NCBI GenBank assembly: GCA_038062295.1
Contig: JBBTXL010000008.1
Location: 1,430 to 65,429, forward strand
Length of the DNA stretch: 64,000 nucleotides
Source: Patescibacteria group bacterium
GTDB taxonomy: Bacteria; Patescibacteriota; Minisyncoccia; GWC2-36-17; WO2-46-25
Direction: 5' to 3'
The position numbers and the translations under genes are program-made. Under the pieces are notes generated by a model. That model had not been told where the DNA came from and made no database searches. It saw only the letters and a program-made list of their open reading frames with translations. Shown here one piece after another: positions 18,566 to 27,724 of this stretch. How positions within the stretch are numbered: position 1 is the stretch's first letter; the number at the start of each line of letters is the position of its first letter.

Positions 18566-21523
18566 ATGAAAATGAGAACACGATTTAGCAGGATAGCTAC
18601 TTTGACGGCATTAACCATTCTTTTGGCTGTGCCTGTTTTTGTTTTCACAGTACCATATTCATATGCGGCACAAAACATTGTTGATGGAGACTTGGTGACC
18701 GTTTCTCCTAATCCAGATATCTATATTGTCAAAATTATAGGTGTCAAAAAGTTTAAAAGGCTCATCCTCAATCCCGATATTTTCGATTCCTATGGGCATC
18801 TCAAATGGAGCAATGTAAAAATGATTGATCAGGCAACCCTTGATTTGTATAAATCTTCTGAACTTGTCATTGAAATCAATGCTGATGGGAGCATTGCCGA
18901 CCCCAAGGTATACAGAGTGGTTTCTTCGGCAAATAGCGATGTTGGCGAACGAAGCTGGTTGAATTTAACAGCTTCTGAATTTGAAGCCGCGGGGTATGAT
19001 TGGGATTCGCTTTATCATGTTAATCATAGAGAAGCATTACCTAGTTTTTACCCAACGAAAAATCCTCTCACATATCAGGATGTTTTAAAAATTAAACAAG
19101 CACCATCTCCATCTGTTCAGGTTGCATTCTCTATCGCGCTAGTTGCTCCGAATAAGATTCTGGCGGGATACGCTACTAATATTGTTATAAAAGGATTTGG
19201 TTTTAAGCAGGGCGCCAGAGTGGACTTTGGATCAGGAGCGACACAAGTACCCTACGGAGTTACGAACTCTGAGCAGATTACCGCACTTATTCCCGCAGGG
19301 ATGCCGCCGCTTACTTATAACCTTTCAATTACGAATCCTGACGGGCAGGTAGCAATTTTAAATGATGCATTAACCTTGCAAGCCTCAACCTCTCAAATTA
19401 TGAATGGTCTGACAACAAGTCAAGTATATGACCTTGTTAGTCCTTCTGTTGTGCAAATAACTAACAATTGTGATAGCTCTCTTGGTAGCGGTTTTGTTTT
19501 TGAAAATGGTGGATACATCTTAACCAATGAACACGTTGTACATGGATGCAGTGCTGTTGGAGTAAAGCTGAAAAGTGGTGTAAATCTTGTGGGAACCGTA
19601 CGTGGGACAGATGCGCTAAATGACGTAGCGGTAGTTAAAATCGACCAAAGTATTCCAACCTTGATTTTAGGTGATTCAAACCTATTTATTGATTCAACTG
19701 TATTTGTTGCCGGACATCCATCTGGTCTTACAAATGTAGTTGTTAATAGGGGTGTTATTAATTCTAGCGGACAACCATGTTTAACCTTTCCTTTGTCCTG
19801 TTCTGGCACTTGGAGTTATCTGACAACGCTTAAATTAGCAGAACATGGTAGTAGTGGAGGGGTTTTGGTGAATGATAAAGGAGAGATTGTTGGATTGCAT
19901 AGAGCAGGAACTGACTCTGTTTCTTTTGCAATACCGATAAATTTCATAAAAGGCATAATACCAACTTTAAAATCTGGAGTATCCACATACACCCCAACTC
20001 CCACACCCTCTCCAGTGCCTACATCCTCTCCAACTCCTGCAACAGTCGTCGCGTTGACTGTCACCAAAAATAGCGGTATGGCTGACGCGACCTCTTCATT
20101 GCCAACGGGCGTGAAGGGAGCGACAAACGTCAAGATCGGTTCATTCGTCTTGACTGCGGGTGCGGGCGAAGCGACATTAGTTAGCCAGATAGTCGTGAAG
20201 AACAGCGCAACCGCAGGATTGGCGTTGGGACATGACTTCCAGAACTTGACTTTGAAGAACGGTACCACCGTTATCGGTTCCCCAATCGGTTCATTGTCAA
20301 CAACGGCAAGCGCGACCTACACCCTTACGCCGTCCTCATCGATAACCATCAATGCGGGACAGCAGTATGTGGTTGACGTGTACGCGGACATCTTAACAGG
20401 ATCTGCAAATGCAGGTGTAGCGGCATATGTTGCAGTGGTATGGGACGATGTGACGGCAGTTGGGAATTCAACAAGCGCCACAGCAGGAGTGGCAACTGAT
20501 GTTATCGGACAAACAGTGTACATCTCAAATGGTGGTTCATTGGTAATCGCAGCGGCTTCAGATATGCCTGTTGCGCAGAACCGCTCAATGGGTCAGACTG
20601 GCCAAACCTTGGTGACATTCAAATTCACTACGGGCGCAAGTGAAGCAGTCAATGTTAGTAAAATCATTGTTACTAACACATTATCAGGTATCGCGATAGC
20701 GGCAACTGGCACTATCACGAACCTCGGATTGTTTAAACCTGACGGGACGCAGGTGGGTACCTACATTTATTATATGACAACGAATAGTGGTCAAGATGCT
20801 CTAGCGACATTCAATGGCCTTACCTTGAATCTTCCGAGAGACACGGCAACGGTCTTGACCTTGAAAGGTGATGTGAACGGCTACCCGAACGGAGTTTCAG
20901 GTAGTGCTCACACTTTCAAGATTGCTACTGTAGCTGATGTTACTGCAACCGGCGCAACCGGCGGAACAACGATTATGGCAAGCGGTCCTTCTATTACAGG
21001 AAACGCGCAGACTGTGTATCGTTCAGAGTTGACTGTAGCAAACGCTATGTCCAACTCCTCGGGTGGTCAGGGTACCGATCAGGTCATAGGTAAATACAGA
21101 TTTACCAATACTTCGGCCGGCAACTACACCATCGCGGTATCTGATATTAATCTTGGATTGACAGGTTCAATTATTAACACTAACGTATCGCGGTACGTTA
21201 CCTTGAAACGGGATTCCGTCAGCGGCGCGACTGTTGCCAAGAAAGTGTTTAAAAACACAAACCTCACAGATATAACAAGTTGGGATCTTTCAGGAACTGA
21301 TAGCAATGAAGTTGCATTCATTCCGTTCACGATTGATTCAGCGGGTGGTACTGGTTACGTTGATTTCTACATATTAGCAGACACTAATGACGCGGCATCA
21401 ACTAGAACCATTTCAACAACCCTTGGAGGTGGCAGTAATGTCATTACATGGGGAGATGGTGTCACAACAGGCATTACTTCGTTGGATAACAAGCCCATCC
21501 CAGGAGCGACCATTACCTACTAA
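18566..21523 (+). CDS. secreted trypsin-like (S1/HtrA-type) serine protease fused to Thr/Ser-rich repetitive surface domain; C-terminal ~480 aa paralogous to the gene at 2..1963
   Basis: signal peptide; protease triad context NEHVVHGC, LNDVAVVKID, EHGSSGGVLVNDKGEIVGLH; C-terminal region SLPTGVKGATNVKIGSFVLTAG...SSSITINAGQQYVVDV...GATITY matches first gene. Confidence 0.85.
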   Translation: MKMRTRFSRIATLTALTILLAVPVFVFTVPYSYAAQNIVDGDLVTVSPNPDIYIVKIIGVKKFKRLILNPDIFDSYGHLKWSNVKMIDQATLDLYKSSELVIEINADGSIADPKVYRVVSSANSDVGERSWLNLTASEFEAAGYDWDSLYHVNHREALPSFYPTKNPLTYQDVLKIKQAPSPSVQVAFSIALVAPNKILAGYATNIVIKGFGFKQGARVDFGSGATQVPYGVTNSEQITALIPAGMPPLTYNLSITNPDGQVAILNDALTLQASTSQIMNGLTTSQVYDLVSPSVVQITNNCDSSLGSGFVFENGGYILTNEHVVHGCSAVGVKLKSGVNLVGTVRGTDALNDVAVVKIDQSIPTLILGDSNLFIDSTVFVAGHPSGLTNVVVNRGVINSSGQPCLTFPLSCSGTWSYLTTLKLAEHGSSGGVLVNDKGEIVGLHRAGTDSVSFAIPINFIKGIIPTLKSGVSTYTPTPTPSPVPTSSPTPATVVALTVTKNSGMADATSSLPTGVKGATNVKIGSFVLTAGAGEATLVSQIVVKNSATAGLALGHDFQNLTLKNGTTVIGSPIGSLSTTASATYTLTPSSSITINAGQQYVVDVYADILTGSANAGVAAYVAVVWDDVTAVGNSTSATAGVATDVIGQTVYISNGGSLVIAAASDMPVAQNRSMGQTGQTLVTFKFTTGASEAVNVSKIIVTNTLSGIAIAATGTITNLGLFKPDGTQVGTYIYYMTTNSGQDALATFNGLTLNLPRDTATVLTLKGDVNGYPNGVSGSAHTFKIATVADVTATGATGGTTIMASGPSITGNAQTVYRSELTVANAMSNSSGGQGTDQVIGKYRFTNTSAGNYTIAVSDINLGLTGSIINTNVSRYVTLKRDSVSGATVAKKVFKNTNLTDITSWDLSGTDSNEVAFIPFTIDSAGGTGYVDFYILADTNDAASTRTISTTLGGGSNVITWGDGVTTGITSLDNKPIPGATITY

Positions 21524-21526
21524 ACC

Positions 21527-21778
21527 ATGAAAAAACTTATCGCCTCTACCGCATTTCTATTTTTATTCATAGCTCTGTTTTATTTTTCCAACCCGGCAGA
21601 AGCAGCCACAAGAACTAGAGGGTACTACAAACCAAGTACTGGTACTTATGTACAGCCGTATTACCGTTCCTCTTCGAACAGCTCAAGATGGGATAACTAT
21701 TCAACGCGAGGCAATTACAATCCCTACACGGGTAAAAAGGGTTATATCAGTCCTTACAAGAGTTATCGGTTTAGATAA
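21527..21778 (+). CDS. small secreted Tyr-rich protein (element)
   Basis: signal peptide MKKLIASTAFLFLFIALFYFSNPAEA then YYKPSTGTYVQPYYRSSS...NPYTGKKGYISPYKSY. Confidence 0.5.
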   Translation: MKKLIASTAFLFLFIALFYFSNPAEAATRTRGYYKPSTGTYVQPYYRSSSNSSRWDNYSTRGNYNPYTGKKGYISPYKSYRFR

Positions 21779-21780
21779 TT

Positions 21781-22131
21781 ATGATCAACAAACTCAACAA
21801 AGTTTTAATCTTATCATGGGCATTGCTTTTTTTAGCGATGCCTATTTTTGTCTCAGCCCATCGTTCCGGTTGTCATCGTTGGCACTCTTGCCCATCTGAT
21901 ACTGGTTCGTATGTCTGTGGTGATTTAGGGCATCCTTGCACGTACCCAACCTATCCCAAGTCTGGTGGTGTTATTTTGCCAGAGAGTGTTGCAACTTTAC
22001 CACAACAACCTCACAAGAAAACCAGTGAAACAGCAAGACAAAAACGGATCACCGTATTGAAAAAGCAGATTTCGGATTTGAGGTTAAAACTTCAGCAATT
22101 AGAGAGCCAACTCAAAGCGCTTGAACAATAA
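21781..22131 (+). CDS. small secreted Cys/His-rich protein with C-terminal coiled coil (element)
   Basis: signal peptide; HRSGCHRWHSCPSDTGSYVCGDLGHPC; C-terminal heptad-like KKQISDLRLKLQQLESQLKALEQ. Confidence 0.5.
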   Translation: MINKLNKVLILSWALLFLAMPIFVSAHRSGCHRWHSCPSDTGSYVCGDLGHPCTYPTYPKSGGVILPESVATLPQQPHKKTSETARQKRITVLKKQISDLRLKLQQLESQLKALEQ

Positions 22132-22212
22132 ATTAAATTGATGTAACAGATGAGTTCACCCGAGTCAAGATATTACGAGACTTTTAGCGGAGTTAGTTTT
22201 TAATCCAATAAT

Positions 22213-22386
22213 ATGGAAATAATAGGTTTAGGTCTAGTCATATTGGGACTTATTTGGACAGTAATCAGTTTTATTATCAAGGTTTTTGTCTATGCTGTTT
22301 ATTTTTTGCCATTTATTGGGTATAAGATATTAGATTTTTTAAGTTTATGGCCACACATTTGGCCACTTAACGGAGTTAGTTTTTAA
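22213..22386 (+). CDS. 57-aa small membrane protein (not in ORF track, below length cutoff)
   Basis: hand translation MEIIGLGLVILGLIWTVISFIIKVFVYAVYFLPFIGYKILDFLSLWPHIWPLNGVSF; ends inside a duplicated ~35-nt motif. Confidence 0.3.
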   Translation: MEIIGLGLVILGLIWTVISFIIKVFVYAVYFLPFIGYKILDFLSLWPHIWPLNGVSF

Positions 22387-22395
22387 CTTAATTAT

Positions 22396-22716
22396 ATGGG
22401 AAAATTTAAATTATCATTACCCATTACAATTTTATTAGCGAGTATTGTTTTAGGCGGCTTCTACTATGCGAGCGAAGCAAACAAACAAAAGTCTACTGAA
22501 AGACAACAGCGAGACGAACAGGTGGTCACCGAAAAAAACCTTTTCGACTTAAAATGGTGTTTAGCGACTGCAGAGGGTGATAGGAAGGATTTTCTAAGAT
22601 TAAACGGTCCTGATGGGCATATTGATGGCCGATATACTAATAATACAACTCTCATACAACAGGCTGAAAGACAAAAAAAGGAAGATGAGCAAAGGTGTTA
22701 TCAGTTATACAAATAA
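22396..22716 (+). CDS. small secreted protein (element)
   Basis: signal peptide MGKFKLSLPITILLASIVLGGFYYASEA; preceded by the duplicated ~35-nt motif. Confidence 0.45.
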   Translation: MGKFKLSLPITILLASIVLGGFYYASEANKQKSTERQQRDEQVVTEKNLFDLKWCLATAEGDRKDFLRLNGPDGHIDGRYTNNTTLIQQAERQKKEDEQRCYQLYK

Positions 22717-22852
22717 TTTATTTCAAAACCAAAAATGCAACCAGGACCTTGGATAGATGCAAACATCTTCGATCCTGATAGCAACGAATTTATTGATGAG
22801 GGGCTGGATGAAGATGATGCTGTTGAATTTGCTGATGAGCTATAAATAGTGA

Positions 22853-23305
22853 GTGGCAGGGTGGGGTAAAAAGGCGTATAGTGAAGTTATGCAAAATGGG
22901 TTAAAAGATAAATGGGTTGAATTTCGTGAGCAACTTGATGCTTTGGGCTACTTGATAGGGGCTGTATTGGTTGTAGGCGCAATTATTTGGGGTATCTATA
23001 GCTTGTTCGGCTGGGGTGAACGAGAAGGTGTAGTGAAGTTTGACGATTGCAGGCAAATGGTAACTCTGAAACCAGATACTTTCCAAAAATACTTCAAATC
23101 CTTTACTTGTATGTATAGGAGAACCGAAAGTGGGAGGATAATGTCGGGTGAGTGTGTCCATATTGATACTGCGGGTACACTGTTTTCAAGCAGTAATGAA
23201 TGTGATACCGCTTATATCTATGAGAAAGAGCAGGAGGGGAGTTGCACGGACCCCAAATATCCATATCTGGGTTACGATGATATGTGTCACACCAACCTGC
23301 AATGA
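22853..23305 (+). CDS. membrane-anchored Cys-rich hypothetical protein (element)
   Basis: ORF track; TM helix LGYLIGAVLVVGAIIWGIYSLFGW; six Cys in C-terminal half. Confidence 0.45.
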   Translation: MAGWGKKAYSEVMQNGLKDKWVEFREQLDALGYLIGAVLVVGAIIWGIYSLFGWGEREGVVKFDDCRQMVTLKPDTFQKYFKSFTCMYRRTESGRIMSGECVHIDTAGTLFSSSNECDTAYIYEKEQEGSCTDPKYPYLGYDDMCHTNLQ

Positions 23306-23501
23306 TACTTTTGAAACAATGAGTAGTTTGATGGGGGTCAGAAGCTCATCGCAAATGAAGGATATTTGAAATGAAACTCACTTTTGCCTTGTAGGAGAAC
23401 AGTTCTAACTTCATCCAGTGCGCGGAGCATCGAAATAAAAAATGTCCCTTTATGGGGTATTTTTTATTTCTGATATTTTAGGAAGTGGGATTCGAAGGGT
23501 A

Positions 23502-23535
23502 TTTCAAAAACAGAAACTGCTTTCTGTTTTTGAAA
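23502..23535. repeat. perfect 15-bp inverted repeat TTTCAAAAACAGAAA-ctgc-TTTCTGTTTTTGAAA ~70 nt inside the right direct repeat
   Basis: seen directly. Confidence 0.4.
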
Positions 23536-23600
23536 ACCCGGGCTCTGGAGGAGTATATTTTTCTTGTGCATATATGCACGAAAAATATGCGGGGGAAGAG

Positions 23601-23616
23601 GAATCCCACCCCCGGA
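23601..23616 (+). repeat. direct repeat copy 2 (putative attR core)
   Basis: GAATCCCACCCCCGGA identical to tRNA-Asn 3-prime end. Confidence 0.6.
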
Positions 23617-23725
23617 ACGCTTGACAAATAGCACAGAAATGTGCTTTATTTGTTTTAGAAAGTTTTCCGAAAAAGAAAACTGCATTCACAACTAAATAGG
23701 GAAGCGAGGAAAGGAGGGATGAAAA

Positions 23726-24307
23726 GTGAACGCTCTGGTCTTGGCTGGCAGTATACTTGGCATCTTAACGTACATTCCGCTGTGGAAGGGGATTAGGTCG
23801 GGTGAGGTGAACCAAAATCTATTCACCTGGATTCTGTGGGTGGCGGTGGACTTCGTTATCGCCGCGTCAGTCATTACGCAGGGCGGGAACTTTTTACTCC
23901 CGGTTGCCTATACGGTGGGGAGCGCGATAACGGCGTTTTTTATCTTCGCGTCGGAGAGCAGGGCTTCTTGGACATGGATTGAGACGGTGGTTGCGCTGCT
24001 TGTTGTAGCAAGTATGGGTGTGTGGGTTTACTCTGGCAGTAAGCTCGCCACCATCGCGAGCACCACGGCAATGATTATCGCGGGAATACCACAGCTTGTT
24101 GATGCGTGGAAGAAGCCCCGGGAAATGCCGATGCCGGTGTTCGTGAGCTACTTTATTGCCAATAGTCTCTCTGCGGCTGGCGGTAAAAACTGGTCCATTG
24201 AAGAGAGGTTTTTCCCGGTAGCATTGGCTTTTTACTGTGTGGCAATAATTTTCTGTTCGGCTCGCCGATTTTGGTTGAAAAGCGCGGTCGACGGGGTGGT
24301 GCATTAA
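23726..24307 (+). CDS. polytopic membrane protein, function unknown
   Basis: ORF track; ~6 predicted TM helices; GC content host-like. Confidence 0.55.
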   Translation: MNALVLAGSILGILTYIPLWKGIRSGEVNQNLFTWILWVAVDFVIAASVITQGGNFLLPVAYTVGSAITAFFIFASESRASWTWIETVVALLVVASMGVWVYSGSKLATIASTTAMIIAGIPQLVDAWKKPREMPMPVFVSYFIANSLSAAGGKNWSIEERFFPVALAFYCVAIIFCSARRFWLKSAVDGVVH

Positions 24308-24456
24308 GTAGTTGGGGATGGGAGAGTAAAACCGACCCGCCCCCCCCCAAAACACTCCGCCCCAATCGCCAAAGAACCCTTATGGTGCTTGGAGGCTAAA
24401 AATTCACGACCTGCATGGGAAAGTCACTGACTGTTTTCTTGATGTGATTTATATTC

Positions 24457-24786
24457 GTGCAGTTAGATCAGGATAGCTTTTTTAACAATCGAATATTGAC
24501 CAAAGAGGAGGATGACATGAACAAGAAGGTTATTGAAATGAACATTAACGATTTTGTCACTGTACGTCTCAGTTCGGAAGGCGTCAGGACCTACGAGGAT
24601 TATTTTAGCACACTGGCAAAGCGGTTGGGACGTCGAAAGGAAGATATTTATATCAAACTTGATCGGCGCCGCGGCGGGCGGGTGGAATTTCCGCTATGGA
24701 GACTGATGGAGATATTTGGTCCGAAGATTTATCATGGTGGACCAATCTTTTTCCTCAACAGCACCGTACGAATCGTTCAAAAGTGA
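24457..24786 (+). CDS. hypothetical protein (probable start at Met 24517, MNKKVIEMN)
   Basis: ORF track; low-GC region. Confidence 0.35.
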   Translation: MQLDQDSFFNNRILTKEEDDMNKKVIEMNINDFVTVRLSSEGVRTYEDYFSTLAKRLGRRKEDIYIKLDRRRGGRVEFPLWRLMEIFGPKIYHGGPIFFLNSTVRIVQK

Positions 24787-25635
24787 CCCTGGAAAAGTCC
24801 CGCGCCTAAACAGCCGGGGCTTTCTTTTATCAGGTAAGTTCCCCATCGTCCCATAAGGCGTGCCGATTTTCTTAGCCAACTCCATGCAGCTATGGTAATA
24901 TTTTTGTATGAATAAAAGGAGAGTGTTATACTCCGTTCTCGCAATAGTATTCGGGGCATGTATTGTTGCATACGGAGGGATTGATGATAGCCCCGGAGGT
25001 CAGCTACTCGGACTCCTGGTAGTTATCATCGGTATTGTAGGCGTGATAAAAAGCAAGAAGAAAATCCTCCTCTGATTTCTTTCCGGAAGATTTTAGTATC
25101 GTTGGTATTTTGATGCGGTGGAACATGAATATCATTCAGAATTACCATCACGCAACCGCATTGCCCTCAAAAAACCGGAAGCATATTTGAAACAATAACA
25201 TTCTTGACATCATAATTCGTACAGGGGCGGGGAAAACGGTGGTTTTCTTTTCCGGCGGTATCTGGTACACTCAAGGCATCATTAACTTATAGAACACACA
25301 TCTATGGCAAAAAGACGCACGGGGATAGATAAACATAAAAAATCGCATTCCCACAAAACCAAGAAGCGGTTGGAAATAAAGAGACTGATGCTCGAAGCCA
25401 AGGCACGCAGAAGAAAGCGTACATAGATACTCCTACGCTGTTCTATGGTATCATGACGGTAGATTCGTACCATTGGCTATCGTATGCGCATACTATCAAG
25501 ACAGTTTTTGACAAGAGCGTTACCATGTGTTGTGCTTTTGTTGTTTTTTGTGTTCGCGGTAGGGCTTTCCTACGCCGAGGAAAATAAGGATCCGGGCAGT
25601 TAACCCCCACTTCTCAAGCACGAGGTGTTTTTATC

Positions 25636-26748
25636 ATGCGCGATTTGTGCGCGATTCTTGCGCGATTCCCAGGAGAGCGCTATACTGGGAATATGTTCGA
25701 ACCGAAATACAATCTTACCAACTCGATCGTCCAGGCGCTTACCTCCATCGCCGAATCAAAAGCGGTCATCGAGCGCGCAAAGATCCTGCCGCAACAGGAG
25801 GTGCGGCTTCGGCGCCAGGCGTTGGTGAGGATGACGCACAGCTCGACGGCGATCGAGGGCAACCGGCTGAACGCCGGGGAAGTGGAGGCGCTTATGGCGC
25901 ACAAAAAAGTGGATGCTCCCGAACGGGAGATTCATGAGGTCAAAAATTATCTCGCGGCGCTGCGTTTTATAGAGAAATGCGTCGTAGCCGGCCGGCCAAT
26001 CAATGAAAAAGCGTTGTTGCGTATCCACGCGCTGGTAACGGCCCACACGCTTCCCAAAGAACAGAGCGGGAGATACAGAAAGGGGCTGGTGTATGTCGTG
26101 AAGCGGCGTGTTGGTTTTCCGAACGAGGTGGTATACACCGCCCCGGATGCGAGAAAAGTCCCACAGCTGTGCAGGAACATGTTGGTGTGGCTGAAAGAAA
26201 GCGCGGGACACAATATTAATCCGGTCATTGTCGCCGGCATTGTGCACCAGGAACTGGCTGCGATCCACCCCTTTACCGATGGAAACGGAAGGACGGCGCG
26301 TGCGTTCGCGACCCTGGCTCTGTACCAGCGCGGATACGATTTTCGGCGCTTGTTCGCATTGGAAGATCACTATAACCGTGATCGTCCCGCGTATTATGCG
26401 GCGATTAACATCGGAAAAAATTACGAAACAAGAATGGTCGATTTCACGCCGTGGCTCGAGTATTTTGTGGATGGTTTTCAGGAAGAGATTGATAACGTCA
26501 GGAGGCAGGTGATATCCCTTTCCCAAAAGAAGTTGAGCAACCGGGTTGATACCAGGGTGTTTCTACAGAAAGAACAGATCGAGATATTGGAGCTTCTTGA
26601 CCGGGTTGGGAGAGTAACCGCACAGGATATTATGGGCGTTCTCAAGTGTCCCAAAAGAACCGCCCAGCTCCATCTTCAGAAATTGAAAAAACTCGGGTTG
26701 CTCGGACAGGTGGGAAAAGGGCGCGCCTCTGCATATGTGATGAAGTAA
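25636..26748 (+). CDS. Fic/DOC family protein with C-terminal winged-helix domain
   Basis: canonical Fic motif HPFTDGNGRTARAF; C-terminal wHTH-like LLDRVGRVTAQDIMGVL...KLGLLGQVGKGRASAYV. Confidence 0.8.
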   Translation: MRDLCAILARFPGERYTGNMFEPKYNLTNSIVQALTSIAESKAVIERAKILPQQEVRLRRQALVRMTHSSTAIEGNRLNAGEVEALMAHKKVDAPEREIHEVKNYLAALRFIEKCVVAGRPINEKALLRIHALVTAHTLPKEQSGRYRKGLVYVVKRRVGFPNEVVYTAPDARKVPQLCRNMLVWLKESAGHNINPVIVAGIVHQELAAIHPFTDGNGRTARAFATLALYQRGYDFRRLFALEDHYNRDRPAYYAAINIGKNYETRMVDFTPWLEYFVDGFQEEIDNVRRQVISLSQKKLSNRVDTRVFLQKEQIEILELLDRVGRVTAQDIMGVLKCPKRTAQLHLQKLKKLGLLGQVGKGRASAYVMK

Positions 26749-26794
26749 AATGCTTCCTTGCGGTCATGAACAAAACATAGGATAATAAAAGCAT

Positions 26795-27262
26795 ATGGCG
26801 ACCTATACAAAACAAGATATTCTCCGGTTTTTGAAAGAACAGAGCTTTATGACGCTTGCGACGGTTTCGCCCGACGGCGCGCCGCATGTCGTGGTGCTTT
26901 TGTACGCGGTTGACGACGATCTTTCGATATACTTTATGACACACGAGGATTCCCGCAAGGCGGCAAATTTGAGCGCCAGCAACACGGTCAGTCTGGTCGT
27001 GTGGGAGCATAAAAAGATGTCAGTGCAGATCGAGGGAACGGCCGAGGCCATCACGGACGAACAAAAGAAAGATGCGGTACTCGGAGCGCTGGCTGAAGCC
27101 GGAGCGAAACGTGAAGATTTTTGGCCGCCCATCTTTCGGATCAGGGGGGGAGCGTACGCCGTGTTCCGGATCAAGCCGAATCGGATACGTTGCCTGGACC
27201 TGGCGGGCGACCACATGAACGAATACCATACCCCCTTTACCGACCTTGATATTTCCGTATGA
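26795..27262 (+). CDS. pyridoxamine 5-prime-phosphate oxidase-like FMN-binding protein
   Basis: split-barrel pattern LRFLKEQSFMTLATVSPDGAPHVVVLLYAVDDDLSIYFMTHEDSRKAANL. Confidence 0.65.
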   Translation: MATYTKQDILRFLKEQSFMTLATVSPDGAPHVVVLLYAVDDDLSIYFMTHEDSRKAANLSASNTVSLVVWEHKKMSVQIEGTAEAITDEQKKDAVLGALAEAGAKREDFWPPIFRIRGGAYAVFRIKPNRIRCLDLAGDHMNEYHTPFTDLDISV

Positions 27263-27663
27263 GCGGAGCGCACAAGCTGAAGATGTTGGTGGTTGAGGAC
27301 GACCCATTCCTCATAAAGTTCTACAAGGCGAAGCTTGAGAAGAGAAATTTTGTCGTTTTTTGCTCTCCCGACGGAGGGCGCGCTTTGAGTGTAGCACAGG
27401 AAGAAAAGCCGGATCTGGTGTTGCTTGACATCGGCTTGCCGGGGAAAAGCGGATTTGACGTGTTAAAAGAACTCAAAGCACATGCGGAAACAAGAGAGAT
27501 TCCCGTCTTCCTGGTGACGAAATCCGCAGAAGAACGAGACCGAAAAAAAGGCGAAGAGCTCGGGGCGGAGGAGTATATTGTGAAGATGGAAGCAAGCTTT
27601 AACGACATGATGCAAAGAATAACGGAATACTTTGAAACATCTCCCGCAAAAAAGCAAGATTAA
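27259..27663 (+). CDS. stand-alone response regulator receiver (CheY-like REC) domain protein
   Basis: KMLVVEDDPFL...PDLVLLDIGLPGKSGFDVLKELK; phospho-acceptor Asp context LLDIGLP; ATGA overlap with upstream gene. Confidence 0.8.
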   Translation: MSGAHKLKMLVVEDDPFLIKFYKAKLEKRNFVVFCSPDGGRALSVAQEEKPDLVLLDIGLPGKSGFDVLKELKAHAETREIPVFLVTKSAEERDRKKGEELGAEEYIVKMEASFNDMMQRITEYFETSPAKKQD

Positions 27664-27724
27664 TACTGTTCCTTTTTCTTCTCAGCCGTAGTATACTGAA
27701 GTTGTCTGCTTAGATAAGGTATCC

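Larger units (their letters stand above)
13225..23616. mobile_element. ~10.4 kb low-GC integrated element at tRNA-Asn, bounded by 16-nt direct repeat of tRNA 3-prime end
   Basis: exact repeat GAATCCCACCCCCGGA at 13208..13223 (inside tRNA) and 23601..23616; marked AT-rich composition versus flanking ~60% GC DNA; serine recombinase adjacent to tRNA. Confidence 0.6.

Noticed and set aside
23483-23500. tRNA-like T-arm motif GGGATTCGAAGGG near the right end of the element
   Set aside because: No acceptor stem or anticodon arm can be folded around it. It is not a tRNA or a tRNA fragment matching tRNA-Asn.
13208-23616. Chance occurrence of the 16-nt direct repeat
   Set aside because: An exact 16-mer is not expected by chance in 64 kb, and it coincides precisely with a tRNA 3-prime end, a recombinase gene and a compositional boundary. 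I kept it as a real att-like repeat.
24892-25113. Possible small membrane-protein gene (MNKRRVLYSVLAIVFGACIVAYGG...)
   Set aside because: My hand translation gives a 73-aa ORF whose C-terminal third looks unnatural, while a +1 shift at ~25021 would give a tidy second TM helix (VVIIGIVGVIKSKKKILL). The ORF is absent from the supplied track, so I may have misread it, or it may be a frameshifted remnant. I did not annotate it.
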